Origin: a virus
Virus record (IMG/VR): IMGVR_UViG_3300036760_000150
Coordinates: 1-64,000 of that record
DNA: 64,000 nt
Direction: 5' to 3' (one strand)
The notes beneath the pieces were generated by a model. That model did not search any database, was not told the origin of the DNA, and saw nothing but the letters and a program-made list of their open reading frames with translations. Both the position numbers and the translations under genes were made by a program. Below are positions 26,100-34,727 of this stretch, piece after piece; within the stretch, counting starts at the first letter, position 1, and each line of letters starts with the position of its first letter.

Positions 26100-28466
26100 A
26101 TGAAACTAACAAATAGAACTCACAAAGGTCTATCGGTCATCGAGGGGTCGGAGGAGATGATCTCGGTCATCGACAAGAAGGTAGACTCTGACGGGTCGGT
26201 GCCAATGGAGGCCAACCAAGACATGGGTGGCTTCAAGGTCACCAACATGGCTACACCCACCCAACCTGGCGATGCAGCCACCAAAGCTTACGTCGATGCA
26301 GAAGGTTTCCCAGAGACACTGACTGTCTACGTTAGGAAGGATGGCAGTCCAGACGGTAACGGTACTCGTAACCAGCCGTTCGACACCGTCACAGCCGGTA
26401 TACAGAAAGCAATCGACGACGGCGTGACGCCTGACAACCCTATGTTACTCAGGCTTGGTGCTGGTGGTTGGTTTGAAGACACTATACTGAACATCCCTGC
26501 AGGGTTGAGCGTGACTGGCGAAGGAGCAGAACTCACTGCTATAGGCCATGAGACGAACGGTGACCCAATCATCTTGTCTTATGGGTCTAACACAATAGGT
26601 GTAGAGTTCGCACAACAGTTTGAGGACATGACGTTCGGTGACGGCATAGAGATCGACCGTGATCCTGGACTTGCTTACCCAGAATTTGCTAGGTTCACCT
26701 TCATGAGCTGTAATATCTTAGGCAGCAGTGTGAACGCCACAGGATCAGGTCTTGGTGAAGAGCAAATACGTATAACCAACTGTCACTGCAACACTGTAAG
26801 TGTTAACGGGATGTCTCTGACACTCAGAACTAGCCGCATGTTGAACGTAAACTTGTCAGACATCGGTGTGGATGGTCAGACGCAGGTGATCCATCTTGTA
26901 CACAACAACAGGGGTCAATTTTGCAACCTGTTCGACGACTCTCTAGCCATCCTGAACAACAACAGGTTCACTAGGATCAGACTGGATGGACCAGATTGTG
27001 GTATGGATATAGATTTGGCATCTACTCCAGCATTTCCTAGTAATTTTCAATTTATAAATGGTGCTACTTCAGCTCAAATGAATAGAACAAATATTCCTAA
27101 AGGAATGAATGTTACGTTAGTTGATGGAGCAAATTGGGCAAACGCTCCCCTTAATTTAGAAGAACAACTTCAAAAATATGAAAACATGCTTGTGAAGTTA
27201 GCTTGGAATGGAGGTATTCCAGACGTTGGAGGTGACGTCGAGGGTATGACAACCCAAACTAGTGGTAATCCAATAGCTCCAACTGGCGGTTTGTTATATC
27301 AAACTGGTGCTCTTGAAGGAATTTCCAGTGGATTTCTTCAAACTGGCTCTATTAAACACGTCACGGGTGACGTAGGCAGCAGCATCGATGATTCGGTGTC
27401 TGGACATATCATCCTCAAGACTGGAAAAAATAACGGGAATGGTGGCAGAAGCGGTGGTATATATCTTCGATTAGGTGACAGTTCTACCGCTGAGTTGAGC
27501 GAACCAGACTTTGGCTGGCTACAATTCATAAATAATGATGCTAATCAGCAAGATCGAGGTATTTATATTGAGGGTAATGAAGTTACTCTGAACGGTATTT
27601 CTGGTAGACGCGGTGTTGGGTTATTTGCAAGTGTCGCAGATTATGAATCACCCCCATCTGATACAATTTTATTAAAGGCTAGTGCTGGCATAAAAATGAC
27701 AGGTGCTATGTCCCAAGGATTCCGTGTTATAGCGTCTGGTTTATACTCTCATGCAGAAGGTTTTTCTGATAACGTGGGAGTTCGCGGTGTTGCTTCTGGT
27801 GATTATTCTCACTCGGAAGGTGTAGACTGTAACTCTGATGGACAAGCTTCCCATTCTGAAGGTCTCAACACTTCATCTACAGGACAAGCTTCGCATTCTG
27901 AAGGTAAAAATACAGAAGCAAGTAACGTGGCTGCTCATGTTGAGGGTGAAGAAACTACTGCAAGTGGACATGCATCGCATGCAGAAGGAACAAGTGGAGA
28001 AGCTAGTGGTTATGCTTCACACTCGGAAGGAACAGATTGTACAGCTGCTGGAACGGCCTCTCATGCTGCTGGTACCGGTACTATTGCTAATGGTGATTAT
28101 CAAACAGTCGTTGGTCAATTTAACGTAGCAGTTGGAACTCCTACGTCTCCAGTCGCTACTGACGAAATTAATTCAGTTGGTAACGGGGCAAACAACGGTA
28201 GTAGAAATACAGCTTGGGCAATCTTAAGAGATGGCCGAATGAAATACCAACATTGTGGATTAGCTAGTTTGGTATTGGGTGCAGTTACGGTAGCATCATC
28301 AGTTGTTACGGCTTCTAGTAGAATTTTCTTATCGGTGCAGGATATTAGTGCCACTCCTGGTTTTGTCAGTATAGCGAATATTGTCCCTGGAGTAAGTTTT
28401 GACATCATCAGTTCCGTCGGCACAGATGATAGCGATGTGGCCTGGATGTTGGTGGAATCCTTTTAA
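26100..28466 (+). CDS. Tail fibre/adhesin with beta-helix and YadA-head-like repeats
   Basis: DAATKAYVD neck motif; GNGTRNQPFDTV beta-helix start; 14-aa ASGxxSHAEG repeats. Confidence 0.75.
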   Translation: MKLTNRTHKGLSVIEGSEEMISVIDKKVDSDGSVPMEANQDMGGFKVTNMATPTQPGDAATKAYVDAEGFPETLTVYVRKDGSPDGNGTRNQPFDTVTAGIQKAIDDGVTPDNPMLLRLGAGGWFEDTILNIPAGLSVTGEGAELTAIGHETNGDPIILSYGSNTIGVEFAQQFEDMTFGDGIEIDRDPGLAYPEFARFTFMSCNILGSSVNATGSGLGEEQIRITNCHCNTVSVNGMSLTLRTSRMLNVNLSDIGVDGQTQVIHLVHNNRGQFCNLFDDSLAILNNNRFTRIRLDGPDCGMDIDLASTPAFPSNFQFINGATSAQMNRTNIPKGMNVTLVDGANWANAPLNLEEQLQKYENMLVKLAWNGGIPDVGGDVEGMTTQTSGNPIAPTGGLLYQTGALEGISSGFLQTGSIKHVTGDVGSSIDDSVSGHIILKTGKNNGNGGRSGGIYLRLGDSSTAELSEPDFGWLQFINNDANQQDRGIYIEGNEVTLNGISGRRGVGLFASVADYESPPSDTILLKASAGIKMTGAMSQGFRVIASGLYSHAEGFSDNVGVRGVASGDYSHSEGVDCNSDGQASHSEGLNTSSTGQASHSEGKNTEASNVAAHVEGEETTASGHASHAEGTSGEASGYASHSEGTDCTAAGTASHAAGTGTIANGDYQTVVGQFNVAVGTPTSPVATDEINSVGNGANNGSRNTAWAILRDGRMKYQHCGLASLVLGAVTVASSVVTASSRIFLSVQDISATPGFVSIANIVPGVSFDIISSVGTDDSDVAWMLVESF
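27730..28120 (+). repeat. YadA-head-like 14-aa coding repeats (about 9 copies)
   Basis: SHAEG/SHSEG/AHVEG/SHAAG, mostly at 14-residue spacing. Confidence 0.85.
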
Positions 28467-28476
28467 GGAGTAAGTT

Positions 28477-28674
28477 ATGAGTATGGTTGGTAAATACAAG
28501 ACTAAAGCTGTGGTGATCTGCAGCTCAAACGCTGAGAACAAGAAGGCCTTGATACGCAGCTCCATGAGTTCCATCGGTGAGTCTGCGGTGATAAAGGATA
28601 TCACCGACCCTGCAGACCCAAACAACGGCAAGTGCGTGGCGATCGTCGAGGATCACGGACCAGACAGCGAATGA
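28477..28674 (+). CDS. hypothetical protein
   Basis: 65 aa, AAGGAG RBS, no transmembrane segment. Confidence 0.7.
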   Translation: MSMVGKYKTKAVVICSSNAENKKALIRSSMSSIGESAVIKDITDPADPNNGKCVAIVEDHGPDSE

Positions 28675-29120
28675 TCTCCATGGACGAGATCCTCAAAGGT
28701 AGGGCTAGGTTGGAAGACCTGCCCAAAGATGTGCAGGACAACCTTGCTGCACTCTTGTCTCGCATCAACAAGGTGAGACAGGCCTACGGCAAGCCTATGA
28801 AGGTCAACGACGGCCTTCGCAGACCTGAGGATCAGCCCAAGAACTCCGCCACCAAGTCTAAGCACCTCATAGGTGCTGCCATCGACATCGATGACGACGA
28901 CTCGTTGTTCATGTGGAACTGGGTGAAAGACAACCTACAGCTTATGAAGGATGTAGGTTTGTGGCTCGAAGATCCAAGATGGACTCACGGTTCAGTGGGT
29001 ACTTGGGTACACTTTCAAATTTTGCCGCCGACATCTGGTAAACGCATATTTGTACCTTCAATGACACCTGCCTCAGCCCCAGATATCTGGGATGGGAAGT
29101 ACGACCACAAGTACGACTGA
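28671..29120 (+). CDS. Peptidase M15-family endolysin
   Basis: Likely start MISMDE at 28671 (ATGA overlap); GLR...SKHLIGAAIDI...WVHFQ zinc-peptidase motifs. Confidence 0.85.
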   Translation: MISMDEILKGRARLEDLPKDVQDNLAALLSRINKVRQAYGKPMKVNDGLRRPEDQPKNSATKSKHLIGAAIDIDDDDSLFMWNWVKDNLQLMKDVGLWLEDPRWTHGSVGTWVHFQILPPTSGKRIFVPSMTPASAPDIWDGKYDHKYD

Positions 29121-29345
29121 TCAAAATCTATTCATCAAACGTAAATATTCGGTAAGTGAGATGAAGGTTTTCTTAACATTCTTAACTCCGCCATTACTGC
29201 CAGACCGCATGAAATGAACCACCACAAATCCATTATGTTCTTCAGGATGCCTCTCTGGAATAGAGTATGGGGCACTATATGATACCAGCATTGGATCAAC
29301 TACATGTGTGGCACCGTATATGTCCGTTATGAAAACTTTCCTCAT
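29121..29345 (-). CDS. hypothetical protein
   Basis: 74-aa ORF converging on the endolysin. Confidence 0.55.
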   Translation of the reverse strand: MRKVFITDIYGATHVVDPMLVSYSAPYSIPERHPEEHNGFVVVHFMRSGSNGGVKNVKKTFISLTEYLRLMNRF

Positions 29346-29417
29346 GGCAGTTTAACCTGTATAGCCAAAAACAAGATGATAGATAGTATCAAAGACATCC
29401 AAAGTAGCGTCTGTCGA

Positions 29418-29906
29418 CTATTTGGCATCTTCTTCTTTTGTTCCAACTTCTACCATTGTAACACCTTGAATATGGTCGTACTCGTGCAGTATGCATCGTG
29501 CGGTTATGTGATCGAAATGCCTATCCTCGTGCCTTTGTAGATGATGATCGTAGTATGTGATCCATATCTTCTCGGCACGTCTAACCCGACATTTAACCTC
29601 TTGATCTTTGAAGCTGAGACACCCCTCGGTCATAGTAATCTCACCCTGCGTATTGGTGATGATGGGGTTGATCATGGCAGTTCTTATGCCACCTTTGTAG
29701 CTTGTGGTGTCTATCACGAACACTCTCAACAAAGAATTTATTTGATTGGCAGATAGCCCTATGCCGCCACTCTTTAACATGGTGTAGAACATGTTGTCGA
29801 TAAGCGTCTGTAAGTCGGGAGACTGAAGATCTGCGACTGCCTCAGCTCTGGTATTGAGGATCTTGTCAGGGTACTGTAGGATAGGCAGGACCTCAGGATC
29901 TTTCAC
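29418..29906 (-). CDS. def: Peptide deformylase
   Basis: GIGLSANQ, EGCLS and HEYDH motifs all present. Confidence 0.95.
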   Translation of the reverse strand: MKDPEVLPILQYPDKILNTRAEAVADLQSPDLQTLIDNMFYTMLKSGGIGLSANQINSLLRVFVIDTTSYKGGIRTAMINPIITNTQGEITMTEGCLSFKDQEVKCRVRRAEKIWITYYDHHLQRHEDRHFDHITARCILHEYDHIQGVTMVEVGTKEEDAK

Positions 29907-29911
29907 AAGGA

Positions 29912-30760
29912 TCAGTTTTTACTTTGAGATCCGTTGTAACTACCTTGTGCATCGTTATTTTTCAACGATACGTCTCCTTCAACCACACGCTCTAAGACTG
30001 ACACACGTGTCATAAGTTCACCGACAACTTCTTTATAGACCTTTAACGCTTGGGTAACCTGTGCATGATTTGCACGCAACTCTTCTCTAATACTATCGTT
30101 CATGTTGTGAAGATTTTTGTTTACCGCAGCACGAGCTTGATTCTGTGCATGTAACACATGAACATCCTTAGCCAACTGTGAACGTAAACCTTGAACTTCA
30201 TCTAGTACAGTCTTTTTTAATGTTTTGATATCGTCGAAGATGCGCTCGAACACAGGCAAAGATTCAGAGGTGGGCGCTGTGCTGTTGCTGTGTACTGTCG
30301 TCTCAAGAGTTGACGGTATAGATTTATCATTAGTAGAGGAATCTTTGACGATTGGCGAGTTAGCTGCGATAGACTTCTTGAGAAACTGCAGGACTTCTGC
30401 AGGTAAGAATTTGTACAGGCCAGCTGATGGCCTAACAAACGCCAACTGACCGTTGCTCTTCATCCTGTAGATAACATTCTTGATGTTATCTTTGTTATAT
30501 GTGCCACTTATTGTTGGATTTTTCAACAAGAAATCTACTAGATCTTTAGCATCCAAGAACAACGGAGATTCTTTCACGTACTTAACCACTGCAGCGACAT
30601 TGACCACGTCGCTGTCATGCCGTGTCTGAGAACCGCTTATATTTCTGATCTCATCAGGGGTCAAGCCAACGATGTCGACAACTTCGCCCAATTGAGCTAT
30701 CGTTGAGTTAAAGAAAGATTCAAGTTTACCTTTAGATATGTTACGTTTAGCACGTGTCAT
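29912..30760 (-). CDS. Hypothetical protein, possible winged-helix + coiled coil
   Basis: 282 aa, AAGGAG RBS; IKNVIYRMKSNGQLAFVRPSAGLYKF resembles a wHTH wing. Confidence 0.6.
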   Translation of the reverse strand: MTRAKRNISKGKLESFFNSTIAQLGEVVDIVGLTPDEIRNISGSQTRHDSDVVNVAAVVKYVKESPLFLDAKDLVDFLLKNPTISGTYNKDNIKNVIYRMKSNGQLAFVRPSAGLYKFLPAEVLQFLKKSIAANSPIVKDSSTNDKSIPSTLETTVHSNSTAPTSESLPVFERIFDDIKTLKKTVLDEVQGLRSQLAKDVHVLHAQNQARAAVNKNLHNMNDSIREELRANHAQVTQALKVYKEVVGELMTRVSVLERVVEGDVSLKNNDAQGSYNGSQSKN

Positions 30761-30783
30761 TGAGATCTCCTTGGTTAGTTTAA

Positions 30784-30812
30784 ATGTTATGATACTTTAT
30801 AAAGTCTATCAA
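30784..30812 (-). promoter_or_regulatory. sigma70-like promoter
   Basis: TTGATA-N17-TAACAT upstream of 30760. Confidence 0.65.
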
Positions 30813-30826
30813 ATCAACTTGAAAAG

Positions 30827-31000
30827 TTATCTCTTGTCCTTGTATCGTGGCTTACGATTGCCATGTCTTGCTTGACGTTTGGCGTTCTCTCCCTTGTTGG
30901 GTGGACATATCGAGCAACGAAGCTTTTTTCTGTTGAGTTTGTTAACAACTGACGGATTTGACTCTTCTTGGATCTTACCCTTGCCTTTGGTACCCTTCAT
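30827..31000 (-). CDS. Small basic protein (57 aa, CxxC)
   Basis: Manual ORF MKGTKGKGKIQEESNPSVVNKLNRKKLRCSICPPNKGENAKRQARHGNRKPRYKDKR. Confidence 0.55.
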   Translation of the reverse strand: MKGTKGKGKIQEESNPSVVNKLNRKKLRCSICPPNKGENAKRQARHGNRKPRYKDKR

Positions 31001-31163
31001 CCTCAGGCTCCCATGAGTAGTAGTATATATGATGTCCAGGAGGTTTCATCCCGGCTTTTTCTACAGCCTTAAGAACATTCTTGGCTTCTTCAAACCAATG
31101 TCTGGTAGGATCAGAAGCTGCTATAGCCTCTTCGATAGTCTTAAGCATCTCACTTCTCTTCAT
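30975..31163 (-). CDS. MKRS(E/D)M-family small protein, copy 3
   Basis: MKRSEM...GMKPP...WEPE. Confidence 0.75.
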   Translation of the reverse strand: MKRSEMLKTIEEAIAASDPTRHWFEEAKNVLKAVEKAGMKPPGHHIYYYSWEPEDEGYQRQG

Positions 31164-31402
31164 GACCTACTCCTTCGCACTTCACGGGCAAGTCTCAATA
31201 GCCTAGATTGACCAGATACGATGTCGCGAGAGTACGTGGTCTTGCTGTACAGGCCTTCAGCCTTCATCTGTTTAGCTAACTCGTAACGTCTATCGATCTC
31301 GTTGTTGCTAAGCGGATCACAGTAGATGCCTTCCCACAGATGCTGATGCGCAAGAAGCCACGTGATGACTTTATCTTTATTGAAGATCCTGACTTTGGTC
31401 AT
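31160..31402 (-). CDS. hypothetical protein
   Basis: 80 aa, 4-bp overlaps at both ends. Confidence 0.7.
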   Translation of the reverse strand: MTKVRIFNKDKVITWLLAHQHLWEGIYCDPLSNNEIDRRYELAKQMKAEGLYSKTTYSRDIVSGQSRLLRLAREVRRSRS

Positions 31403-31572
31403 ATAGTATCTCTCCCGTTCGTGTCGACTTTACCGCAATACGAGCTAAACCAAAACAAAAGATTACATCTAAGACATTTGATGTAGGTTGTCACATCGCT
31501 TGAGTTATAGTAATCTTCACTGACCACGTAGTTGTGCGTACTACTGCTACAACGCGGACATTCATAGCCCAT
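31399..31572 (-). CDS. Small zinc-ribbon protein
   Basis: Likely start MGYECPRC; CPRC...CLRC. Confidence 0.6.
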   Translation of the reverse strand: MGYECPRCSSSTHNYVVSEDYYNSSDVTTYIKCLRCNLLFWFSSYCGKVDTNGRDTI

Positions 31573-31816
31573 CTTCAGGTTCCCATCTATTTTCGTATGT
31601 CTTGTCGTACTTAGAAGTATGACCATCGATATAGCGCTCTGAAGAAACACATATTTTAGGAGGTGATATACCTAATCTTTCCATCATGCCGAGTATGGCG
31701 TTCATGTGAAACATCGCCTGCTCTTTGAAGTGGTCGTCTACAGGTGTTCCTTCCTTTTTAACTGTCTCGGTTACACAATACTCAATCATATTGTTGACCA
31801 TCTCACTTCGTTTCAT
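31562..31816 (-). CDS. MKRS(E/D)M-family small protein, copy 2
   Basis: MKRSEM...GISPP...WEPE; start reassigned to 31816. Confidence 0.75.
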   Translation of the reverse strand: MKRSEMVNNMIEYCVTETVKKEGTPVDDHFKEQAMFHMNAILGMMERLGISPPKICVSSERYIDGHTSKYDKTYENRWEPEDGL

Positions 31817-32090
31817 GTTTTTGTGCCTCTTCTCTGTATTTTTTCCGACGCAGTCTGGCTGCCTGTACTTTTTCATCTTTTAACAAATCTTCGTCCCATT
31901 GGTTGAATGTGTAGCCAGCATAGTAAACTGATATAATGGCCTGACGATCCTCTTCGGACACTGATGGTGGTTTCATCCCCAGAAATTCTATATGGTTAAG
32001 CAACGACTCTGCTTGACCTCTGTGTTCTGGGTTTTCACTTTTACCATGCAACCAATGTAATATACCATCGATCATGTCACTTCGTTTCAT
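31803..32090 (-). CDS. MKRS(E/D)M-family small protein, copy 1
   Basis: MKRSDM...GMKPP...WDE; start reassigned to 32090 (GGAGG RBS). Confidence 0.75.
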   Translation of the reverse strand: MKRSDMIDGILHWLHGKSENPEHRGQAESLLNHIEFLGMKPPSVSEEDRQAIISVYYAGYTFNQWDEDLLKDEKVQAARLRRKKYREEAQKHETK

Positions 32091-32217
32091 CCCCATCCTC
32101 CACCAGTCTGATAGACTCTCTTCGCGACCTTGCGCGGGCATCCAAGTACATCTTCTTGATCGACATGACAACAGAAATGGTCAACGTCACCGTCATGGTG
32201 ACCAGGAAGATCATCAT
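32077..32217 (-). CDS. Small single-TM protein
   Basis: Manual ORF MMIFLVTMTVTLTISVVMSIKKMYLDARARSRRESIRLVEDGDETK with GAGG RBS. Confidence 0.5.
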   Translation of the reverse strand: MMIFLVTMTVTLTISVVMSIKKMYLDARARSRRESIRLVEDGDETK

Positions 32218-32329
32218 GCCTACCTCAAAAACACTCACAACCTAGACACCTTCATGATGACCATGCTGAGGATGATGTACGGTGCGAAGTTGATGTAGAA
32301 CGGACAGAACAGATAAGGGATCAACCGTC

Positions 32330-32755
32330 TCACTTCACACCTCTCTTAAAAATACCCTTCTTGACTAGCTCACACCAGTAGCTGTGTCCCCAGTTGCGGT
32401 TCTTATGACCGCCACAGTCACACCCACCAGTTTTTATGACACGACAGTCTGTGCTCCACTTTGCATCTACATGGTACACCAAGACCTGCGACTGAAGCAA
32501 GGAGGATATGGCGTCTTTGTCCATGGGCTCTAACTTGTAGGTGGAGCGTGGTTTGTCCGGTACGAACTCCTCGTTGTTCTTCTTCATGATGATCATGTAC
32601 TCATCCTCCAGCAACTCCTGCCTGTACCTGAAGACTTTCTCGGTTGTCAGCCACCAGTTCTGCAGGAACTCGTCCGCCTCAGTTTTTGTCACATCTTTTC
32701 CCAGTTGCCATAGCGCCAACAGGCGACGTCTTTGTGGTTTGTCAGGCGGTACCAC
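32330..32755 (-). CDS. Hypothetical protein, C-terminal CDC...H..WC metal-binding motif
   Basis: ORF track; true start may be the downstream GTG (MTKTEAD). Confidence 0.6.
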   Translation of the reverse strand: MVPPDKPQRRRLLALWQLGKDVTKTEADEFLQNWWLTTEKVFRYRQELLEDEYMIIMKKNNEEFVPDKPRSTYKLEPMDKDAISSLLQSQVLVYHVDAKWSTDCRVIKTGGCDCGGHKNRNWGHSYWCELVKKGIFKRGVK

Positions 32756-33003
32756 GGTTCGTCGTCACGGATAAGCACTGTGTTCCTGTTGAACTGCCTG
32801 GTGTTGTAGCCTATGAAGATGCTCCACACGTACTGCAAGTTGACCCATTCGCCGTGCACGGCAGTGCCAACTTTAGTCCTCTTAGTCACCTCTGTAATAA
32901 GCAACGCAACATCCATGAACCTCTCATGTTTTATGATATCACCTTCATTCACTACCATGGACGTACTCCTTGCAGTCGTTAAGCTTATCATCCACGTACT
33001 CAT
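32689..33003 (-). CDS. hypothetical protein
   Basis: ORF track; likely start MVVNEGD. Confidence 0.55.
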   Translation of the reverse strand: MSTWMISLTTARSTSMVVNEGDIIKHERFMDVALLITEVTKRTKVGTAVHGEWVNLQYVWSIFIGYNTRQFNRNTVLIRDDEPWYRLTNHKDVACWRYGNWEKM

Positions 33004-33346
33004 GGTTGTTCAGCTTGTAGTTGAGCCCTGAGGGATGGGGCATGAGGAAATGGTCTATGCCTGCCATAGCCAACGCGTTGGCAGCTGTCATCCCCAACGC
33101 TATCACCTTGTCTGGGCAGACGCTGTGGTACTTACGCTTGAGCCCCATGACAGATCTCCTTATCTGCTCGGAGTTCAACGGTGCGTTGCCCTCAGTGAAG
33201 TCGTCATGCACGTTGGCCATGAACACCTTCACGTCACCTAGATGTTCAACCCACTGCTTCAGCACAGTCAACGATCTGGTTCCCACGAAAGGGGTTGTGG
33301 TGACAGACTTAACAGATGGGTTAGAACCTACAACTAGAACCTTCAT
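32945..33346 (-). CDS. Uracil-DNA glycosylase superfamily protein
   Basis: VLVVGSNPS...PFVG...KVIALG...MPHPSGLN motifs. Confidence 0.8.
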   Translation of the reverse strand: MKVLVVGSNPSVKSVTTTPFVGTRSLTVLKQWVEHLGDVKVFMANVHDDFTEGNAPLNSEQIRRSVMGLKRKYHSVCPDKVIALGMTAANALAMAGIDHFLMPHPSGLNYKLNNHEYVDDKLNDCKEYVHGSE

Positions 33347-33348
33347 CT

Positions 33349-33552
33349 TTACGACGACATCCTAACGCGTACTGCTAGGTCGCTCATGTGGTCTACCCAG
33401 TCGTAGAACACGAACCCTTTAGACTCCCATGTCACAGGTTCGCCGTACACCTTGCAGTACGTCAGGTGGTCGTGGTAGAAGAACATGTTGCCTGTTGTAT
33501 CCCTGTCAACTGCGATGGTTGCACCGTTGTAGGTAGACATGTCGAACATCAC
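33349..33552 (-). CDS. hypothetical protein
   Basis: 67 aa, tightly packed. Confidence 0.6.
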   Translation of the reverse strand: MMFDMSTYNGATIAVDRDTTGNMFFYHDHLTYCKVYGEPVTWESKGFVFYDWVDHMSDLAVRVRMSS

Positions 33553-33875
33553 TTCAGCTTACCTTCCATGTAGGCTTCGACACCGCTGTCGCAGAACGAG
33601 CCGAACAGCTCCTCTTTGTTCTCGATGACTGCAGGGCCGAACATGCCAGCCATGGTGAAGGCAGCACCGTTGACACAACCGTCACGGAACGCAGATCGCT
33701 TGAGACTGTTATACCCTATCTCGCCGCCAAACAACGCACCTAGAGCCAGTGTTGCAAGGGCAACCTTCTTTGTACCTTTGCTCATCTTAGCAGACGACAG
33801 ACGCTTGAGGGTTTTCCGAGCAGACTTCTTCGAGCTACTCAACAACTTGGACAACTTCTTCTTCAACTTACCCAT
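33549..33875 (-). CDS. Membrane-anchored hypothetical protein
   Basis: Lys-rich N-terminus followed by a TM helix; AAGGAG RBS. Confidence 0.7.
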   Translation of the reverse strand: MGKLKKKLSKLLSSSKKSARKTLKRLSSAKMSKGTKKVALATLALGALFGGEIGYNSLKRSAFRDGCVNGAAFTMAGMFGPAVIENKEELFGSFCDSGVEAYMEGKLK

Positions 33876-33901
33876 CTGATTCTCCTTTCAAGAGATCTAG
33901 G

Positions 33902-34663
33902 TTACCTATGCCTGTCACGGCATAGGTTCAAAATAATGTTGTTGGTGACCTTCGCAGTCGCCTGTGATGCACCAGAGATTCGTCCTTCGTTGTCGTATGG
34001 CAGCGTCGACAACACGTTAGATCCTATCTCAAATAGGACATCTTTGCCCCAACTGCTGTAAGACGACCTCTTCCCATCCTCGTCCAACGACCCTACCTTG
34101 ATTATGTGTTCAAGATCGTAGGATGCTGGGTAGAAAGGTGTCTTATCTATGTTATGCTGCTCGTTACCTACTGACGCTACCACGAATGCTCCGTTGGCGG
34201 TCAGCGCCTTCATGGCGCTGTACTCGTCCTGTAAGTACTCATCTCCGCCTGCTGATATGTTGACTAAAGTGACCTTTAGTATCAAAGCTTTCTGTATACA
34301 TTCTGTCATATGATGTTGGTTCTCATCACCTGAGTTCAACGAGTCGAAGAACTTACACGGTATAAATTCAACTTCACTGCACGCATCTCTTAGGATGATG
34401 CCAGCGACATGTGTGCCGTGGTTGTGGTAGTCCATGTAGTCGATGTTCTTGTAGCGTGACGGTATGTACCTACTCAACTTCTTGTTGTTGTAGTCTACGC
34501 CTGTGTCGATCGCCATCACCTTTATAGGTCTGTCATTGACCTTCGAGGTGTTCGATGCATCTTCTGACGCGTACACAGACACGTACATGGCAACCGCTAT
34601 GCACACTGCGATGGCTGCCAAGACGATATTCAACAATGCTACTGCTTTCAGGAACCTCAACAT
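33902..34663 (-). CDS. S8 subtilisin-like serine protease with N-terminal signal/TM
   Basis: IDTG, HGTHVAG, VGN (oxyanion), SGASQA triad motifs. Confidence 0.9.
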   Translation of the reverse strand: MLRFLKAVALLNIVLAAIAVCIAVAMYVSVYASEDASNTSKVNDRPIKVMAIDTGVDYNNKKLSRYIPSRYKNIDYMDYHNHGTHVAGIILRDACSEVEFIPCKFFDSLNSGDENQHHMTECIQKALILKVTLVNISAGGDEYLQDEYSAMKALTANGAFVVASVGNEQHNIDKTPFYPASYDLEHIIKVGSLDEDGKRSSYSSWGKDVLFEIGSNVLSTLPYDNEGRISGASQATAKVTNNIILNLCRDRHR

Positions 34664-34669
34664 ACCATC

Positions 34670-34698
34670 AGGTTATCACTGTTTAGGGTGTTAGTCAA
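34670..34698 (-). promoter_or_regulatory. sigma70-like promoter, probably giving a leaderless S8 mRNA
   Basis: TTGACT-N17-TAACCT with TG extension, 6 nt before the ATG, no SD. Confidence 0.65.
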
Positions 34699-34727
34699 AT
34701 CTTGTGCGTGATATGTATACCGATCAG

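Noticed and set aside
1931-29120. Tail module as an eCIS, tailocin or T6SS locus
   Set aside because: It is contiguous with a full phage replication module and typical phage accessory genes, with no host housekeeping context.
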